The translations under genes and the position numbers were made by a program. The notes below the pieces were generated by a model that worked only from the letters and a program-made list of their open reading frames with translations, did not search any database and was not told where the DNA came from. 52,821 bases of DNA, taken from the NCBI GenBank assembly GCA_000934665.2, contig KZ538704.1, positions 1-52,821 on the forward strand, written 5' to 3'. Numbering within the stretch: the stretch's first letter is position 1; every line of letters begins with the position of its first letter. The stretch comes from Catajapyx aquilonaris. Its lineage: Eukaryota. Of this stretch, positions 35,666 through 48,217 are shown piece after piece.

Positions 35666-36052
35666 GGGGAGGTGTAGATGGCCGAGATGGCAACGTCTCG
35701 GCTTGCAGAGTGAAAGGCAGGTGAAAGGCCCCAGGTTCGATCCCCGGAGGTGGGGAACTTTCCTTTCACCTGCGTCAGGAGGGTCTCTGACCTGCACCAA
35801 GGAGGTGTCAGGCAACATAACCTCCTGGGGAACAGGACATGACCCATAGCTACGACGACATTGCACCTTGCACCCATGTTCCCTCCCCAAAAATCCCTAT
35901 CCTTTCCCATTGTCCCTGTTTCCTTGCACCGGTGAATGAAACAGAAAATATATACAGAAAACTGATGGTGGTATGCCAGAATGCCACCCCCCTATAGCAC
36001 CCGTAAGGGTCATCATGGGGTAAACTAAATAAAATAATAAATAAATAAAAAT
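35666..36052 (+). mobile_element. tRNA-derived SINE nested in the Helitron-like element
   Basis: A box TGGCCGAGATGG, B box GGTTCGATCCC, (TAAA)n tail, TSD TCGAGTTTGGT (35655-35665) / TCGAGTATGGT (36053-36063). Confidence 0.85.
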
Positions 36053-36774
36053 TCGAGTATGGTACCATAAGGCCAAACCTTGGCGCAGGGCACCTTCTTC
36101 GTGATTTTTCCGATTAACGGTGCGTTTCGCCACAAAAATATAAAATTCCCTCAAAAATGCACCTACCGTATTTTTACTAATGCGCCGCCTTAACCTGAAC
36201 TGGAGAACTGGAGAACTCACGGCCCATCACCACGATGGGCCTTGAGTTCTCCAGCGACCCCATAGCTGCCTGCTGGCACAGTCATCCAGGCCAGATTGGC
36301 CATTATTTTTGGGGTTGGGGAATGACTAAGAGAGGTGCCGGTCTTTCAATCCTATTCTACATTTACTGCACAACCTTCAATTTTTCATTACATACTTTTG
36401 CTGGATTTTTAAAGCGTATTGTGGACTCTCTTACAATCTGACATCCGCAGTTTGGTGTTTTTACTTCATGCACAGTCATGCAATATGCTCCATGCAACAG
36501 GTATGCCAACATTGTATAGCCATAATTATTGCAAAGGTTACTACCAAATCAATGACTTACACCTACAAGGAAAAGTCTTTCATAACCCGAGCAACACCGG
36601 GTATCCTGCTAGTATCTGTATATAATGAAACTGTCGATATTTAATGCCATGAAGTAGCTAGAGTTTGGGTGCGGTTGTTTTACCTTAAAACGAGGCTCCA
36701 GAAGGGGGATCAGACATTACTGTACCGGTACTGTACGGTACAGTACACCGGGTACAAAATCGCGGGCTTGGCTA

Positions 36775-36875
36775 TAGCGATGGATGGCGATAGCGGTTAT
36801 CGGGAAGCGTAGCGCTTAAGACCTTCCAGTTCATTGTCCGGCGATCCGAATGCGCCCCCGAATCCAAGATGGCCG
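36775..36875 (+). promoter_or_regulatory. Cluster promoter, G12
   Basis: TAGCGG 36791; TAGCGCTTAAG 36810; GGCGATCCGAATGCGCCC 36840-36857; CAAGATGGCCG 36865-36875. Confidence 0.75.
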
Positions 36876-37090
36876 ACCCTTCACTGAAATGCGACGAAAA
36901 TGTTGCTGATGGAGACATTTCTCGTCTATTTTGACCGGTTTTAGGTCGGGACTGGTTGCTCTGGCTGCGGTTAACTGAGGATGAGGAGTTGAAGCAGGGT
37001 GAGTGGACGGAAAAGAAGGGGAAGGAAGAAGTTGATAGGGTGGTGTGATGGCCCTTAGTGTTAGTTGACCTGCTTGTGTTTTCCAGGAAC

Positions 37091-38354
37091 ATGTCGTTTG
37101 TGCTGAAGATCAAGGAGGAGGAACTGGAAGAGGAAGATGGGGATGGAGAGGCTGGGAGGCTGCCACCGAATAAGGAGGAAACTGCATCGCACGCACAAGA
37201 CGACTCCGCATTTGCACAAGTCATGATTCATGAGGTCAAAGGTGAAATGGAAGAGGAGATGGAAGACGACAGCGTCGCCACAGAGAAGATGGTGAAGGTG
37301 GAGACCGCTTCATGCTACGATGACGACTCCGCACATGCTGTTGATGCTGTCCGTTGTGAGGCCAAGGGAGAACAAGGCTCGGACATGGTTTCAACTGTAT
37401 CTGAAATGACCGCAGATGCTGATGATGATGATCCATTAATAGCGAATTCTGGAGCGACCGCTGACGAGGTATATGTCACTAATGACTCTTTTTTTTGCAA
37501 GTGACAAGCTGCGCCGCCTAATTTTCCCCCTAAAATAATAACTCCTGAGTGATAAAGTGTTGCCTTTCTTTTATGAATGGCTGTGTTTTTGTGTGTAAAG
37601 GCCCATACACACTGGCCGTCGACGGTTTTGGTTTTTGGTCGCGTTGACGCCGCGGACCAATCATGACTCATGTAAACAAGGGCAACCCATTGTTTAGAGC
37701 TTGTTTATATGGGTCATGATTGGTCCGCGGCGACAACGCAACCAAAAACCAGAACCGTCAACGGCCTGTGTGTATGGGCCAGCCTGATTTCTGAGTAGGT
37801 TTAATCATAAGGCACTCAAAGTGATGTAATGCTTTTTGCAGGGATTACATGGTGCTGCTGCTGGGAGGAATGTGACAGGAGTACAAGAGAACGATAGTGG
37901 CATGACCCAGGAAAATGAGGAGCCGTACACTTGTCACATTTGTCGCTATAAGTTCAGGCAGACATTTCACTTGAGGAGGCACATGTTGACGCACACTGGC
38001 GAGAAGCTCTTTTCCTGCCGCATTTGCGAGAAGAAGTTCAGGCAAGCCTCGCATGTGAACCACCACATGTTGACTCACACGGGAGAGAAGCCGTTCGTGT
38101 GCCCCATATGCGATAAGAGGTTTTCAGATTCGTCAAACATGCGGAGGCACGTGGTGCGTCACGCGGGAAAGAAGCCCTTCTCCTGCCAAGTATGCCACAA
38201 GGAGTTTGCTGAATCAATTTATTTGAAAAACCACATGACGATCCACACGGAAGAAAAGGCATTTTGTTGTCACATTTGTCAAAAGCAGTTTGCTCGGCTG
38301 GATTACGTGAAAAAACACCTGAAAGCGATTCACAAAGACATCGAAGGTAATTGA
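37091..38354 (+). CDS. G12: acidic leader + 5 C2H2 fingers; exons 37091-37468, 37842-38354
   Basis: MSFVLKIKEEE..DDDPLIANSGATADE|gtatat, phase 0, in frame with finger exon. Confidence 0.85.
37600..37780. mobile_element. Palindromic MITE, PIF/Harbinger-like ends
   Basis: GGCCCATACACA / TGTGTATGGGCC termini, about 80-bp inverted arms. Confidence 0.75.
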
Positions 38355-38486
38355 ATTATTTGGCTGTTAATACCAGTAATTAATAGGGTGAATTAACATA
38401 TGTTTGGGACCCTAATAAATGCTACATATAATTAATTATTCAATGCGTTCCTTGCTGGTCTAGTTATCGCAGGAGCAGTGGGGGAG

Positions 38487-38579
38487 TAGCGGCTATTTCC
38501 GTGATAGCGCATAAGCCTCTCCGGTGTTGATGCGGGCTGGCGGCCATCCGAATGCGCCCCCACCAATTCAAGATGGCCG
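38487..38579 (+). promoter_or_regulatory. Cluster promoter, G13
   Basis: TAGCGG 38487; GATAGCGCATAAG 38503; GGCCATCCGAATGCGCCCC 38542-38560; CAAGATGGCCG 38569-38579. Confidence 0.75.
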
Positions 38580-38823
38580 ACAATTTCTGAGCCAAAAAAA
38601 AAAGACTGGGCTGAGTTTCTTCGCTCTTTTTCGGCTGGATCTGACTTCGCTCACGTTTGGGCTGCAGGGAACGGATGCTGCGGACTTCACGGAGGGTGAG
38701 TGCGCAGGGGGAAGGAGGCTGAAGGGACTCCGATTGTGGTTATGGCGGATATGGCAGTGGGTGACCGACAGAGGCTAGGCCTACCTGGTAAATATTTGAC
38801 CTCATGTTTTTACATGCAGGACC

Positions 38824-40661
38824 ATGTCGCTTGTGCTGAAAATCAAGGAGGAGCTGGAGGAAGACGATGGGGATTATACCGCAGAAGAGACGGGAAGGCT
38901 GGCGTCGTCACGTGTACAGGACGACACTGCGTTTGTAGAAGTCATGCTTCATGACGTCAAGGAGGAAATGGCAGAGGAAGCAGAAGTGACTTACTCTGAT
39001 GAGGAGGACTTGGCACTCACTGAAGACACGCTTTGTGAGGTCAAAGTCGAGGAAGAGGAGGTGGTGGAAACGACGTCTGAAGTGGCTCCAGATGCGGATG
39101 ACCCATTGACCAATGAGGTACGTTACTATAAGCAGCTATAAGGAACTACAAAAAGATTGATTTGATGAAAACATTTTTAAAAATCCCTAATGCCCCGTAA
39201 TAACTTCAGAATGCTAATGTACACCCATTCTGATCAGTACTGTGCATGTGATTGCTTGGCCGTTACATTTTTTCCGCAAGGGGGTGTCAAATAAAATGCT
39301 TCTGGGAAATCTCTGATCTGCAGTCTAAGACTGGGCGCAAACAGGAAATTCGGGGGAGCGTTGTTGCCCGAGCAACTGGCCGGAACGAAAATGGCACGTG
39401 CACCCAGAAGAGTCGCACGCAAGTTTCCAGGTTTCTTGCACATAAGAAACCTGGACAAAATCTCGGGGCACATTACAATGCACCAAGAAGAGATTGGACC
39501 ATTCAGGCGGAAAGAAAATTAGTGGAATTCTACCGATGTAAGTCGAATATTTGGACTGAAATGGATAGGGCGTCTTTGCACAGGCTCTTGCGTAATCAGA
39601 CGTTGTCATTTCAGCCCATGAGTTGTTGTGGAACCCAATGGAGGAAGACTACCATAAACGACATGTGCGGGAGTATTTATTGAGGGAGCTGGCGGGACTC
39701 CTCCGGGAAGGTGCTGGGGCAGTCAGAGTTGGAGGTAATGCACTGACGGTTGCATGAGGGTGAATGAGGGTAATTATGCAAGCGCTTGGACCATGTAATT
39801 CAGTAATATGCAATTAAATGGATTTTTGGTTTTTTTTAAAAGTGGCTGATATCAAATCGAAGTTCAGGAACTTGCGAACCACGTTTCTAAGAGAGAGAAA
39901 GAAAGAGGCTGCATCACCATCTGGAAGTGCGTACAAGTCAAGGTGGCACCATTTTGGATCCCTCACTTTTCTCAACGATGTTATCAAGCTTGATTCGAAC
40001 ACGGATTCCATGGGAAGCCCACAGATTTGTAGTGTCAAGGTAAGCCACTCATTTCGGCATTTCTGTTAACTGAACAATGGCTGCAAGGCAAAACAATAAT
40101 TGGACACAGTGTATTGACCAGACTCCAAGAAATATTTACCCTGATTGATTACTTTATCTGCATACAATAATCAATCATCAACCATACTGACTGTGAGAGG
40201 CAACCAATTAATTTTATGTACTGTCACTTGCTTTTTCACAGATCATTGACGAGGATTCAAGGGTACCTCCACCCACTCTAGATCCAGCCAACACCAGCCC
40301 ATCTCCTGCTTCATCATGCGCTGCTGCTTCACCATCATCATCATCCGCTGTGCCTTCCCCTCTCCCAACCTTCCCAAACCCATCCCCCAACCCGTCTCCC
40401 AAGCTCCAAAAGAAGAATGCAAAACTCAAGATCGCTGCTGCGAACATTGAGGAGAAGAAAGTGGAGCTCCTGGCCAATGCAGCTGATGCGATGACAGCAG
40501 TGTTGGAAAGGCTGCAAGGCAACAGAGACCATGTAGAGCTGCACTGCCGCGCTCTGGCAGAACGAATTAAGAAACTGAGTCCAATAAATCAAGAGCTGGC
40601 ATTGTTAGACATGCACCAGGTAGTAATTAAATATGTAAAGCAGGAGGCTGGACATAATTGA
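38824..40661 (+). CDS. G13 isoform A: acidic leader + MADF domain + BESS-like tail; exons 38824-39117, 39324-39537, 39615-39734, 39843-40039, 40242-40661
   Basis: Open frame across phases 0,1,1,0: WTIQAERKLVEFYRSHELLWNPMEEDYH..DIKSKFRNLRTTFLRERKK..YKSRWHHFGSLTFL (MADF pattern); tail HCRALAERIKKLSPINQELALLDMHQVVIKY; AATAAA near 40819. Confidence 0.8.
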
Positions 40662-40730
40662 TTACTGCCTATCTATAACAATGCTTGCCACATTATAACA
40701 AGGGACTGTTTCATGTTCGTTCAACAGTTA

Positions 40731-41290
40731 TTACCTTTTTATAATGCTACACATGATTTTAACAGAAATCAAGTTCCGTGCTGCCCTGGATTTTATTACC
40801 TCCTTTGTACCATACATGAATAAAGTGCGCATGATAGTGAGTGCCTTGTGTGACTGTAAGAGAATCGGAGTCAGGGAAACACGGAAACAATTAGCACGGA
40901 TTCCAGACACCGTGCTCTCCAGACACAGCTGAGCTTGTGAGAGCCTAAACAAATAATGATGCTATATGGTCAGCCAGCGCCTCGATGATTGCAATGCATA
41001 TTTATCTTTGACAATGTATGACCTTTCTCCAGGGTGGGATGTCTATGAAAACATGATATTTGGAAGTCGGCTCCAAGTTACCTCTTCTGCAAGTTTCCTG
41101 TTTGCGCCTGGCCCAATCCATGTGATACGGACCATGGCAAAGTTTGTGCCTGCTTGAAACAATAAGTCACTTTGGTCATCTCTCTCATTGATCTATCAGG
41201 GATGTTGACAAGGTTGCAAACAAGGCAGGAATCATACACAGTGTGTATTATGGAAATGTTAAAATATTGCTGCAATATTGTGTTCATTGT
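40731..41290 (-). pseudogene. Decayed PIF/Harbinger transposase convergent with the MADF module
   Basis: Minus strand FRLSQAQLCLESTVSGIRANCFRVSLTPILL matches the Harbinger motif YRLSRARRxxENAFGILANRFRVFxTPIxL; upstream limit approximate. Confidence 0.65.
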
Positions 41291-41428
41291 GTGGTTGTTA
41301 TCGAGTGTTTATCAAATACGTTTTTCTATTTATTTTGGAGAATAAGGATGCTTTTGTGAAGGAACTTCAGGGGTAATACAATAATTAAGTACTGAGCGGT
41401 ATTCTAAGCGACTTGATGCATTTTGCAG

Positions 41429-42670
41429 GGAGCACATGGCGGAGCTGTTGGCAGTGATGCGATGGGAATCCAGGAGAGCCAGAAGACACGCATTAGGGAG
41501 AAGTCATTTGCTTGTCAAGTTTGTCACAAGAAGTTTAGTCAACTATATCGTTTAAATCAGCACTTGAAGACCCATACAGGAGAGAGTCCCGCTTGTCCGG
41601 TTTGTAAGAAGAGCTTTAGGCAGTCATCTCAGCTGAAGAAGCATATGATGACTCACTCAGGAGAGAAACCCTTTTCTTGTCAAGTTTGTCAGAAAAGGTT
41701 TAGTCGGCCACATCATTTGAAGAAGCATATGAAGACTCACACAGGGGAAAAGCCCTTTTCTTGCCAAGTATGTGAGAAGAAGTTTGCAGAAGCATCGAAT
41801 ATGAAGAGACATATGATCAGTCACTCCGGGGAGAAGACATTTGGTTGCCAAGTGTGCCAGAAGAAGTTTGCAGATTCATTGTATTTGAAAAATCACATGA
41901 TGATCCACACAGAAGACAGGCCATTTCCATGTCAAATTTGTCAGAAGAAGTGCAGGCAATCATGTGATTTGAAGAAACATATGATGACTCACACAGGAGA
42001 GAAGCCGTTTTCATGTGATGTGTGTCAGAAAAGGTTTAGGAAGTCGTCACATTTGAAAATTCACATGAAAAGTCACACAGGGGAGAAGACATTTGCGTGC
42101 CAAGTGTGCCAGAAGACCTTTGCGGAATCGACTTACTTGAAGAAACACATGATGACTCATACAGAAGAAAAGCCATTTTCCTGCCAAAAATGTCAGAGGA
42201 AGTTTAGTCAGCCGTACCATTTGAAGAAACACATGAAGTCTCACACGGAAAATAAGCCATTTTCATGCCTAGTGTGTGAGAGGAAGTTCCGCGAATCATC
42301 AAACATGAAGCAACACATGAAAACTCACACAGGGGAGAAGGCATATGCTTGCCAAATGTGCGAGAAGAAGTTTGCAGAGTCATCTTATCTGAAGAAACAC
42401 ATGATAACTCACACGGGTGAGAAATCGTTTACCTGCGAAGTGTGTCAGTTGAAATGCAGGCAGTCGTCCGACTTGAAAAAGCACATGAAGACTCATACGG
42501 GCGAGAAGCCATTTCCATGCCAGGTGTGCCAGAAGACGTTTGCAGAATCATCCAGTTTGAAAAAGCACATGATGATTCATACAGGAGAAAAGCCGTGGGC
42601 TTGTCCAGTTTGTCAAAAGAACTTTAGGCATTCAACCCACTTGAAGAAGCATATGATGACCCACAAATGA
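41429..42670 (+). CDS. G13 isoform B terminal exon: 14 C2H2 fingers
   Basis: Phase-0 acceptor ttttgcag at 41428; start GAHGGAVGSDAMGIQE is homologous to G12 exon start GLHGAAAGRNVTGVQE; nearest upstream leader is 38824-39117. Confidence 0.85.
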   Translation, partial: GAHGGAVGSDAMGIQESQKTRIREKSFACQVCHKKFSQLYRLNQHLKTHTGESPACPVCKKSFRQSSQLKKHMMTHSGEKPFSCQVCQKRFSRPHHLKKHMKTHTGEKPFSCQVCEKKFAEASNMKRHMISHSGEKTFGCQVCQKKFADSLYLKNHMMIHTEDRPFPCQICQKKCRQSCDLKKHMMTHTGEKPFSCDVCQKRFRKSSHLKIHMKSHTGEKTFACQVCQKTFAESTYLKKHMMTHTEEKPFSCQKCQRKFSQPYHLKKHMKSHTENKPFSCLVCERKFRESSNMKQHMKTHTGEKAYACQMCEKKFAESSYLKKHMITHTGEKSFTCEVCQLKCRQSSDLKKHMKTHTGEKPFPCQVCQKTFAESSSLKKHMMIHTGEKPWACPVCQKNFRHSTHLKKHMMTHK

Positions 42671-42742
42671 GAGGAATTTGGGGAAACATAATTATAAGCC
42701 TTGTGTTGTAGATCATTTGGCGTCATGTTTTTCCAGGATAAT

Positions 42743-44155
42743 ATGTCACTCAAAGAGGAGGAAGGTGAAGAACACATCAGCCAAGAGGAGCTGTCGAATG
42801 AGGAAACTCCATTCTTGCAAAGATAGCCCTGCACTTGACATGCTGCTAGAGGTCAAAGGGCGGGAATAAAGGACAGGGCCAGAGATATGTGATGTCATGG
42901 CTGCAGATGAGGACCTAGGGAAAGCAGTGAGAAGACCCTGTGTGACACTTATTATGATGGCTTCATTGACGATGACCTTTCTGATGAGACCAAGGAAGAA
43001 GAAGCGGAGATGGTGGCTAATGTGTCAGAAGTGGTCACAGATGACCCATTAGCGGCTAGAGAGGTACGAAACCACTGTGTGCATGGCTGGGTTTGGTATG
43101 ATCCTGGTATTTATATCTGTAGCATTGAGAGCAGATTTACAATAGAGTCATGGTTAACTTGTCAGTAATTTGGTCTTAGCAGAGAGACAGTTTGTGATCA
43201 ATTTTGGTGGATGCAGATATCAGGCCTGATTTTGTGAAACACTTGGATGTGCACTTATCATCATTTTGTTAACCAAATGTATTTTTCAGGAAGCACAGCA
43301 GGTGAGCCAAGGGAAGAGCCGCAGAAGAAGAAAGACACGCGAGGGAGCAAAACCAAATGAGTGCAACATATACCAGACAGTGTCATCTGACATTAATCAT
43401 CACGTGATGATGAAGTGCATGGGAGAGAAGCCATTTGCGAGGCAAGTTTGTCGGGAAAAATTGACAAAATCGTCAGAGTTGAAAACAGAAATGGTGAATC
43501 GCAGAGGAGAGAATAAGCCACATGTGCGCATGATGTGCCGAAAGGAGTTCTCTCGGGCGTATGACTTGAACGTACACGCAAGGTTTCACACAGGAGAGAA
43601 ACAATTTGCGTGCATATTGTGCCGGGAAAAGTTTTACACGAAATCTCACATGAACAGACACACATGATTGTTCATTCAAGAGAATCTCCATATGCATGCA
43701 AATATTGCAACAAAAAGTTTCCTCGGGAACAGGAAATGAAAAATCACACAATGATTCACACTGGTGAAAAGCCATTTGCTTTGCAAAATATGCCACAAAC
43801 AGTTTATTTTGGCATCTGGGCTGATATACCATACTAGGATTCACACTGGAGGGAAGCAGTACGCATGTGACACGTGCCAGAAACAGTTCAGCAGATCATA
43901 CACCAACTGCAATCACACAAGAGGATTCACATCGGAGAGAATAATAATAAGCCGCACACATGTAAGCTGTGCCAAAAAGTGTTTCGTTACAAGTGTGGCT
44001 TGAACAGAGACACCTCGTAAGCCATTCAGGTGTGAATAAGCCATACGCATGCAAAGCGTGCCACAAAAAAATTCACCCGACCAACTGACGCGAAAAGGCA
44101 CGTGCTGATACGCCATGCAGAATGGAAATCATCGGAGTGCACAAGTGGTGAGAAG
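42743..44155 (+). pseudogene. G14: leader + zinc-finger pseudogene
   Basis: Leader MSLKEEE..DDPLAARE|gtacga (to 43063) has frameshifts and stops; finger exon from 43290 has lost Cys/His and has stops; no promoter. Confidence 0.8.
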
Positions 44156-44339
44156 CAAGAGGATTATTGTTGCATTTAAATGAACTTTTTCATTGTACAT
44201 ATTTCAACGTACTACTATAAATTGTGCGCCAGAAAACGTTTCGTTCACTTTCGTAGCTATCGCGTCTAATGCGCGATCGCTTCTTTACTAGTCACCGCTA
44301 CATTGTCACCGTGATTTTAGTTCATATCTTCAAGGCGCG

Positions 44340-44506
44340 GTCCGTTCCTCTTTCCTCCAGTCTGTTCCGCTTTCTTATGCTTCGTTCCGCTTTCTTCTGC
44401 TCCGTTCCCCTGTCTTCCCCTCTCTTCTGCTCCGTTCCTCTCTCTTCTGCTCCGTTCCCCTCTTTTCTGGTCCATTCCTCTGTCTTCTGGTCCGTTCCGT
44501 CTTTCC
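44340..44506. repeat. ~20-bp pyrimidine-rich tandem repeat (CTCCGTTCCTCTCTCTTCTG-like, about 8 units) just 5' of DCPS
   Basis: Visible periodic TCCGTTCC..TCTTCTG units. Confidence 0.8.
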
Positions 44507-44518
44507 AATGAAAGAAAG

Positions 44519-45920
44519 ATGGCGTCGGTTGAATCCACGGTTGGATCTTCATCACCTTCATCTTCTTCGTCTCCTGCCCCGAAGAGACCTCGTCTCTCAT
44601 CCGATCCGGCGGGAGATGAACGGGTCACGACGCTTCCGTCCGTCAGGTCCATCCTGGCCAGCCTGGAGCCCCGTCGGATCCTTCGGCAGGACCCGGAAAG
44701 GAAGCTGCTCTGGCTGGAAGGGGCAGTGGGAGGCCAGAAGGCCATCCTCCTCCTGGAGAAGTCTCCCTTCGGACTGGAGCAGCAAGGGAAGGAGCAGCTC
44801 AAGGTTCTGGACGAACTGGTTCGAAACAGTCTGCTGGAAGGTTGGAAGGAAGACCAAGAGACGCAGCCGGATCAGACCAGCAGCACCGACCAGGATGAAT
44901 CATTCCGCAGCGTCCTCCTCCCAGTCAAGGGACATCCTTTCAATGGTAATAACACAGGCATACCAGCAAGGAAGACGTTTCTCTTTAAATAAACTTAATT
45001 AACCTTCCGCTGACCTGACTTTTCCTCTGCAGTTGTCAAGTCGACGTTGATCTACCCTGCGACTGACGCACACATCGCCAAGTACAGCGAGTCCAAGTCG
45101 TTCCTAATCAACGAGACGCCCAAGCTGTACGCAGATGTCACTCTTCCTGTCGTTAACAAGCAGGCCCCGAAGATCCAGGTGAATCAACATAATTGGAATT
45201 AAATTTTGAGCGCGGATTGCAGCCTTTTGCTGTGTTCCAAATAATTTTGATGAAGCAACTTTTATTGTAGCCTCGATGGTTTTCTAACTTCACACTTGCG
45301 ATTTCAGTGGGTGAGGAACATTCTGAACCACAAGAGTGAATCGGAAAGAATAGTGTTTGAAGACCCTGACCCCGCAGTTGGCTTCATACTTCTTCCGGAT
45401 CTAAAGTGGGATGGGATCCTGAAGGACACCCTGTACCTGGTTGCCATCGTTCACCGGGAGGGGATCAGATCGCTGCGGGATCTTACGCCAGAGCACTTGC
45501 CGCTACTTGAGAACGTGAAAGACAAAGGGACGGTGAGTGGTCGTTTGTTGGTACTGCAGCAGAGTCGAGTGCCTATTATTATCTGTGAAAGTCTGACCCG
45601 ACTTCTCTATTCACCAGAAAGCAATCTGCGACAAGTACGGCCTTCGATCGAGCCAGCTTCGGATCTGCCTGCACTACCAGCCAACCTATTACCATCTCCA
45701 CCTGCACTTTACATACCTGAACTTTGATGCGCCTGGAATTGACGCCACAAAATCTCACCTGCTCTCAACCGTCATGAGGAACATCAATCTGGTTCCAGAC
45801 TATTACCAGCGATCAACCATTCCGTTTGTCGTGTACGAAGGTACAGCACTTTACCACAAATACGTGGAAGCAGGCCATCTCTTTAAAGATGACACGAGTG
45901 ACAGAACTGATCAGGACTAG
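44519..45920 (+). CDS. DCPS: m7GpppX diphosphatase (scavenger decapping enzyme); exons 44519-44945, 45033-45178, 45308-45532, 45618-45920
   Basis: [49 protein letters not shown], and histidine triad [13 protein letters not shown]. Confidence 0.95.
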
Positions 45921-47190
45921 ATTGGTTCGCATTGTTGGCTTCTCTCCATATTTTTGAAACATTATTTTAATTTTAACCCCGATGAGCTATTGACATTAAT
46001 GCAAATTGTATTACTTTGCTTTAGTAAAAAAAACATCACAGAGTGGATTTTGCAGGCTGCATTTTATTTTAGCAGATATGAATATGCAGACATTTGGATG
46101 TACGGTATAAATAATGTGCAATGGTGGCTTTAATATTTTCTCTTTGTATATCAGCAATTTTTTTTAGATGTAATTGTCAGAACTAGAAGAAGGCATTTCT
46201 TTCCTGTCACCGAAAATGGTTACGACAGGCATTTCCTTATGCTGCGATGCGATGTCCCATCAGAGCGGCTGCAATCGCAAACTGCTACCCCCTCAAAGTT
46301 TCCAGGATGATGGACACACTTCCTGGAGTTATGCCGTCTCATTAGGTTATTCTTCAGGAAATTGTCAGCGGCTTATTGTCTTCCAGATCTTTGGGTGTAG
46401 AGTGCTTTTCATCCAGGTCCCAGGTGCTGGGTTTATATTGTCGGGTCTCCACACACAAGGTCTGAGCCCGGGGCCAATGGGCAGGGCAAACATTGGGATT
46501 AGTGCAGAGTCAGCTTTCTATCTGTCGATTGTAAGCATATAAGTCCCATCCAAATAATAAACTTGTTACAGAAGCTTCCTCCCGTCATTATATAATTACT
46601 CATCAGGCTCAGAGTGAAAATGACTGCGCAAAATCCGTAGTTACGGACACCATTGAACGGTGAGAGGGAAATGCAAAGCGTTGTAGCCCTTATGCAAAAT
46701 TTTCGAAAATGTTATATAACGACCGTACGTTTACTTCTGCAAGCAGGTGGAATGGGACGGGGGTGTCATGCCTCCAGCATATTTGTTTTAATGTTGAGTG
46801 TGCGTCGTATAATGGACATAGAGACGATTTTTGCATTTGACTCAAGTGCAGCCTGCACTGGAATCGAATGCAAAATCGTCTCTATGTTTTTGAGCGATGA
46901 TATAGTAACTGAAAAAAAAAATGCGTAGCAACAACAACAGTTACTGTTGAACTAGAGTTGATGTTTACAACACAATTATTTGGCAGTCTTTACAGTGTTG
47001 AAGTCATATCGATTGAACTCATCCCTCTCTACCATCCGCACCAGGTGAACAGCACCTGGCAGCCACCCCCTGCTTGCACTCTGAGTCATCAAGCATTGGA
47101 CGATCGATCGACCGGCTGGTTTATATTGTATCCTCCTAGTGGTATATATAGCCTCTCGCAGTGCCATGAAAACAGTCGAGAACGACGAAT

Positions 47191-48209
47191 ATGGCTGAAG
47201 TTCACGTAATCGGAGAGATAGTCGGAGGCAAGTCCTTTCCAGGCCGAAACATCTTCTGCAAGTTTTACTGTGGCGCAGGTATGACCCAACACTTATTGGC
47301 ACTTCTGCAGTAAACAAATAACCAATCATGCACCAACATTGATTTCATTTGACATATAATATGGGATAGGCTTTGTGTCCATGACTGAATCACTCTCGCT
47401 CTCCTATTACAGCTTGTACTTGTGCTCCTGATACTTGTTAAACTTATACAAAAAAAATGTTATTTTATTAGGAGACGCATGGTCGGTTCTGGAAGGTGAG
47501 GTTGAAGGACAAACACAAGTAGACTGCCCCCTTCATGACAACTTATCCTGCTGGAGCCACCCTATTGACATACATTATGGCACCAAAGGTATCAAAGGTG
47601 TGTGTACCACTGTTCCTCACATTCCCATTGACAGTCGCACTGCACAGGGTGGCCTTAAAGTCTGGGCACATGTTGCATTGTTGGTTGCCAGTTACTGTCA
47701 ACTAGCAATACAATACAATACAAAATTACGTATGCCTACGTGTCCAGACTTTGGGCATTTTTAGGGCCATCCTGTACAAGGGGCATTCATTTAGCAATGT
47801 TGCAGAGTGATTCATAAACATTACAATAACATTACAGAAACAAACTCTTTCTTCAATGTTACGTAATGATCTTCAAAGCCGGATTTTGCTCGTAGGTTGG
47901 CCGAAGATACACGTGGAGGTGTACCATCTAGACGCGTTTGGGCGCAGTGAGATCTACGCATACGGCTGTTGCTACATCCCATGCACACCTGGACCCCATC
48001 AAATCGAGGTGCAGACCTGGCGACCAATCAGCTCCACCCGGGACAGGATCACGCAGTTCTTTCTCGGAGGAGGACCTGAACTGAGATCCCCCGAGTTGGT
48101 CTACACTGGAGTGGACCGGTACCGGCTACAAACGCAGTCCATGGGAACAGTGCATCTCGAGATGAACATCCTGTTCAAAAACTTCAGAGACTTTGGAGTC
48201 GAGTACTAA
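47191..48209 (+). CDS. B9D2: B9 domain-containing protein 2 (ciliary transition zone); exons 47191-47278, 47472-47597, 47896-48209
   Basis: MAEVHVIGEI.., [43 protein letters not shown], C-terminal FGVEY. Confidence 0.93.
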
Positions 48210-48217
48210 CATGTATA

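Larger units (their letters stand above)
34846..36612 (+). mobile_element. Non-autonomous Helitron-like element (spans the gap)
   Basis: A|TC start followed by (CTGT)n; 3' hairpin CCCGAGCAACACCGGG then CTAG|T at 36609-36613; no TSD. The two ends may belong to different copies because of the gap. Confidence 0.55.

Noticed and set aside
44510..44530. DCPS as a member of the cassette family because of AAGATGGCG
   Set aside because: The motif overlaps its own ATG-GCG start; no GAATGC box or acidic leader.
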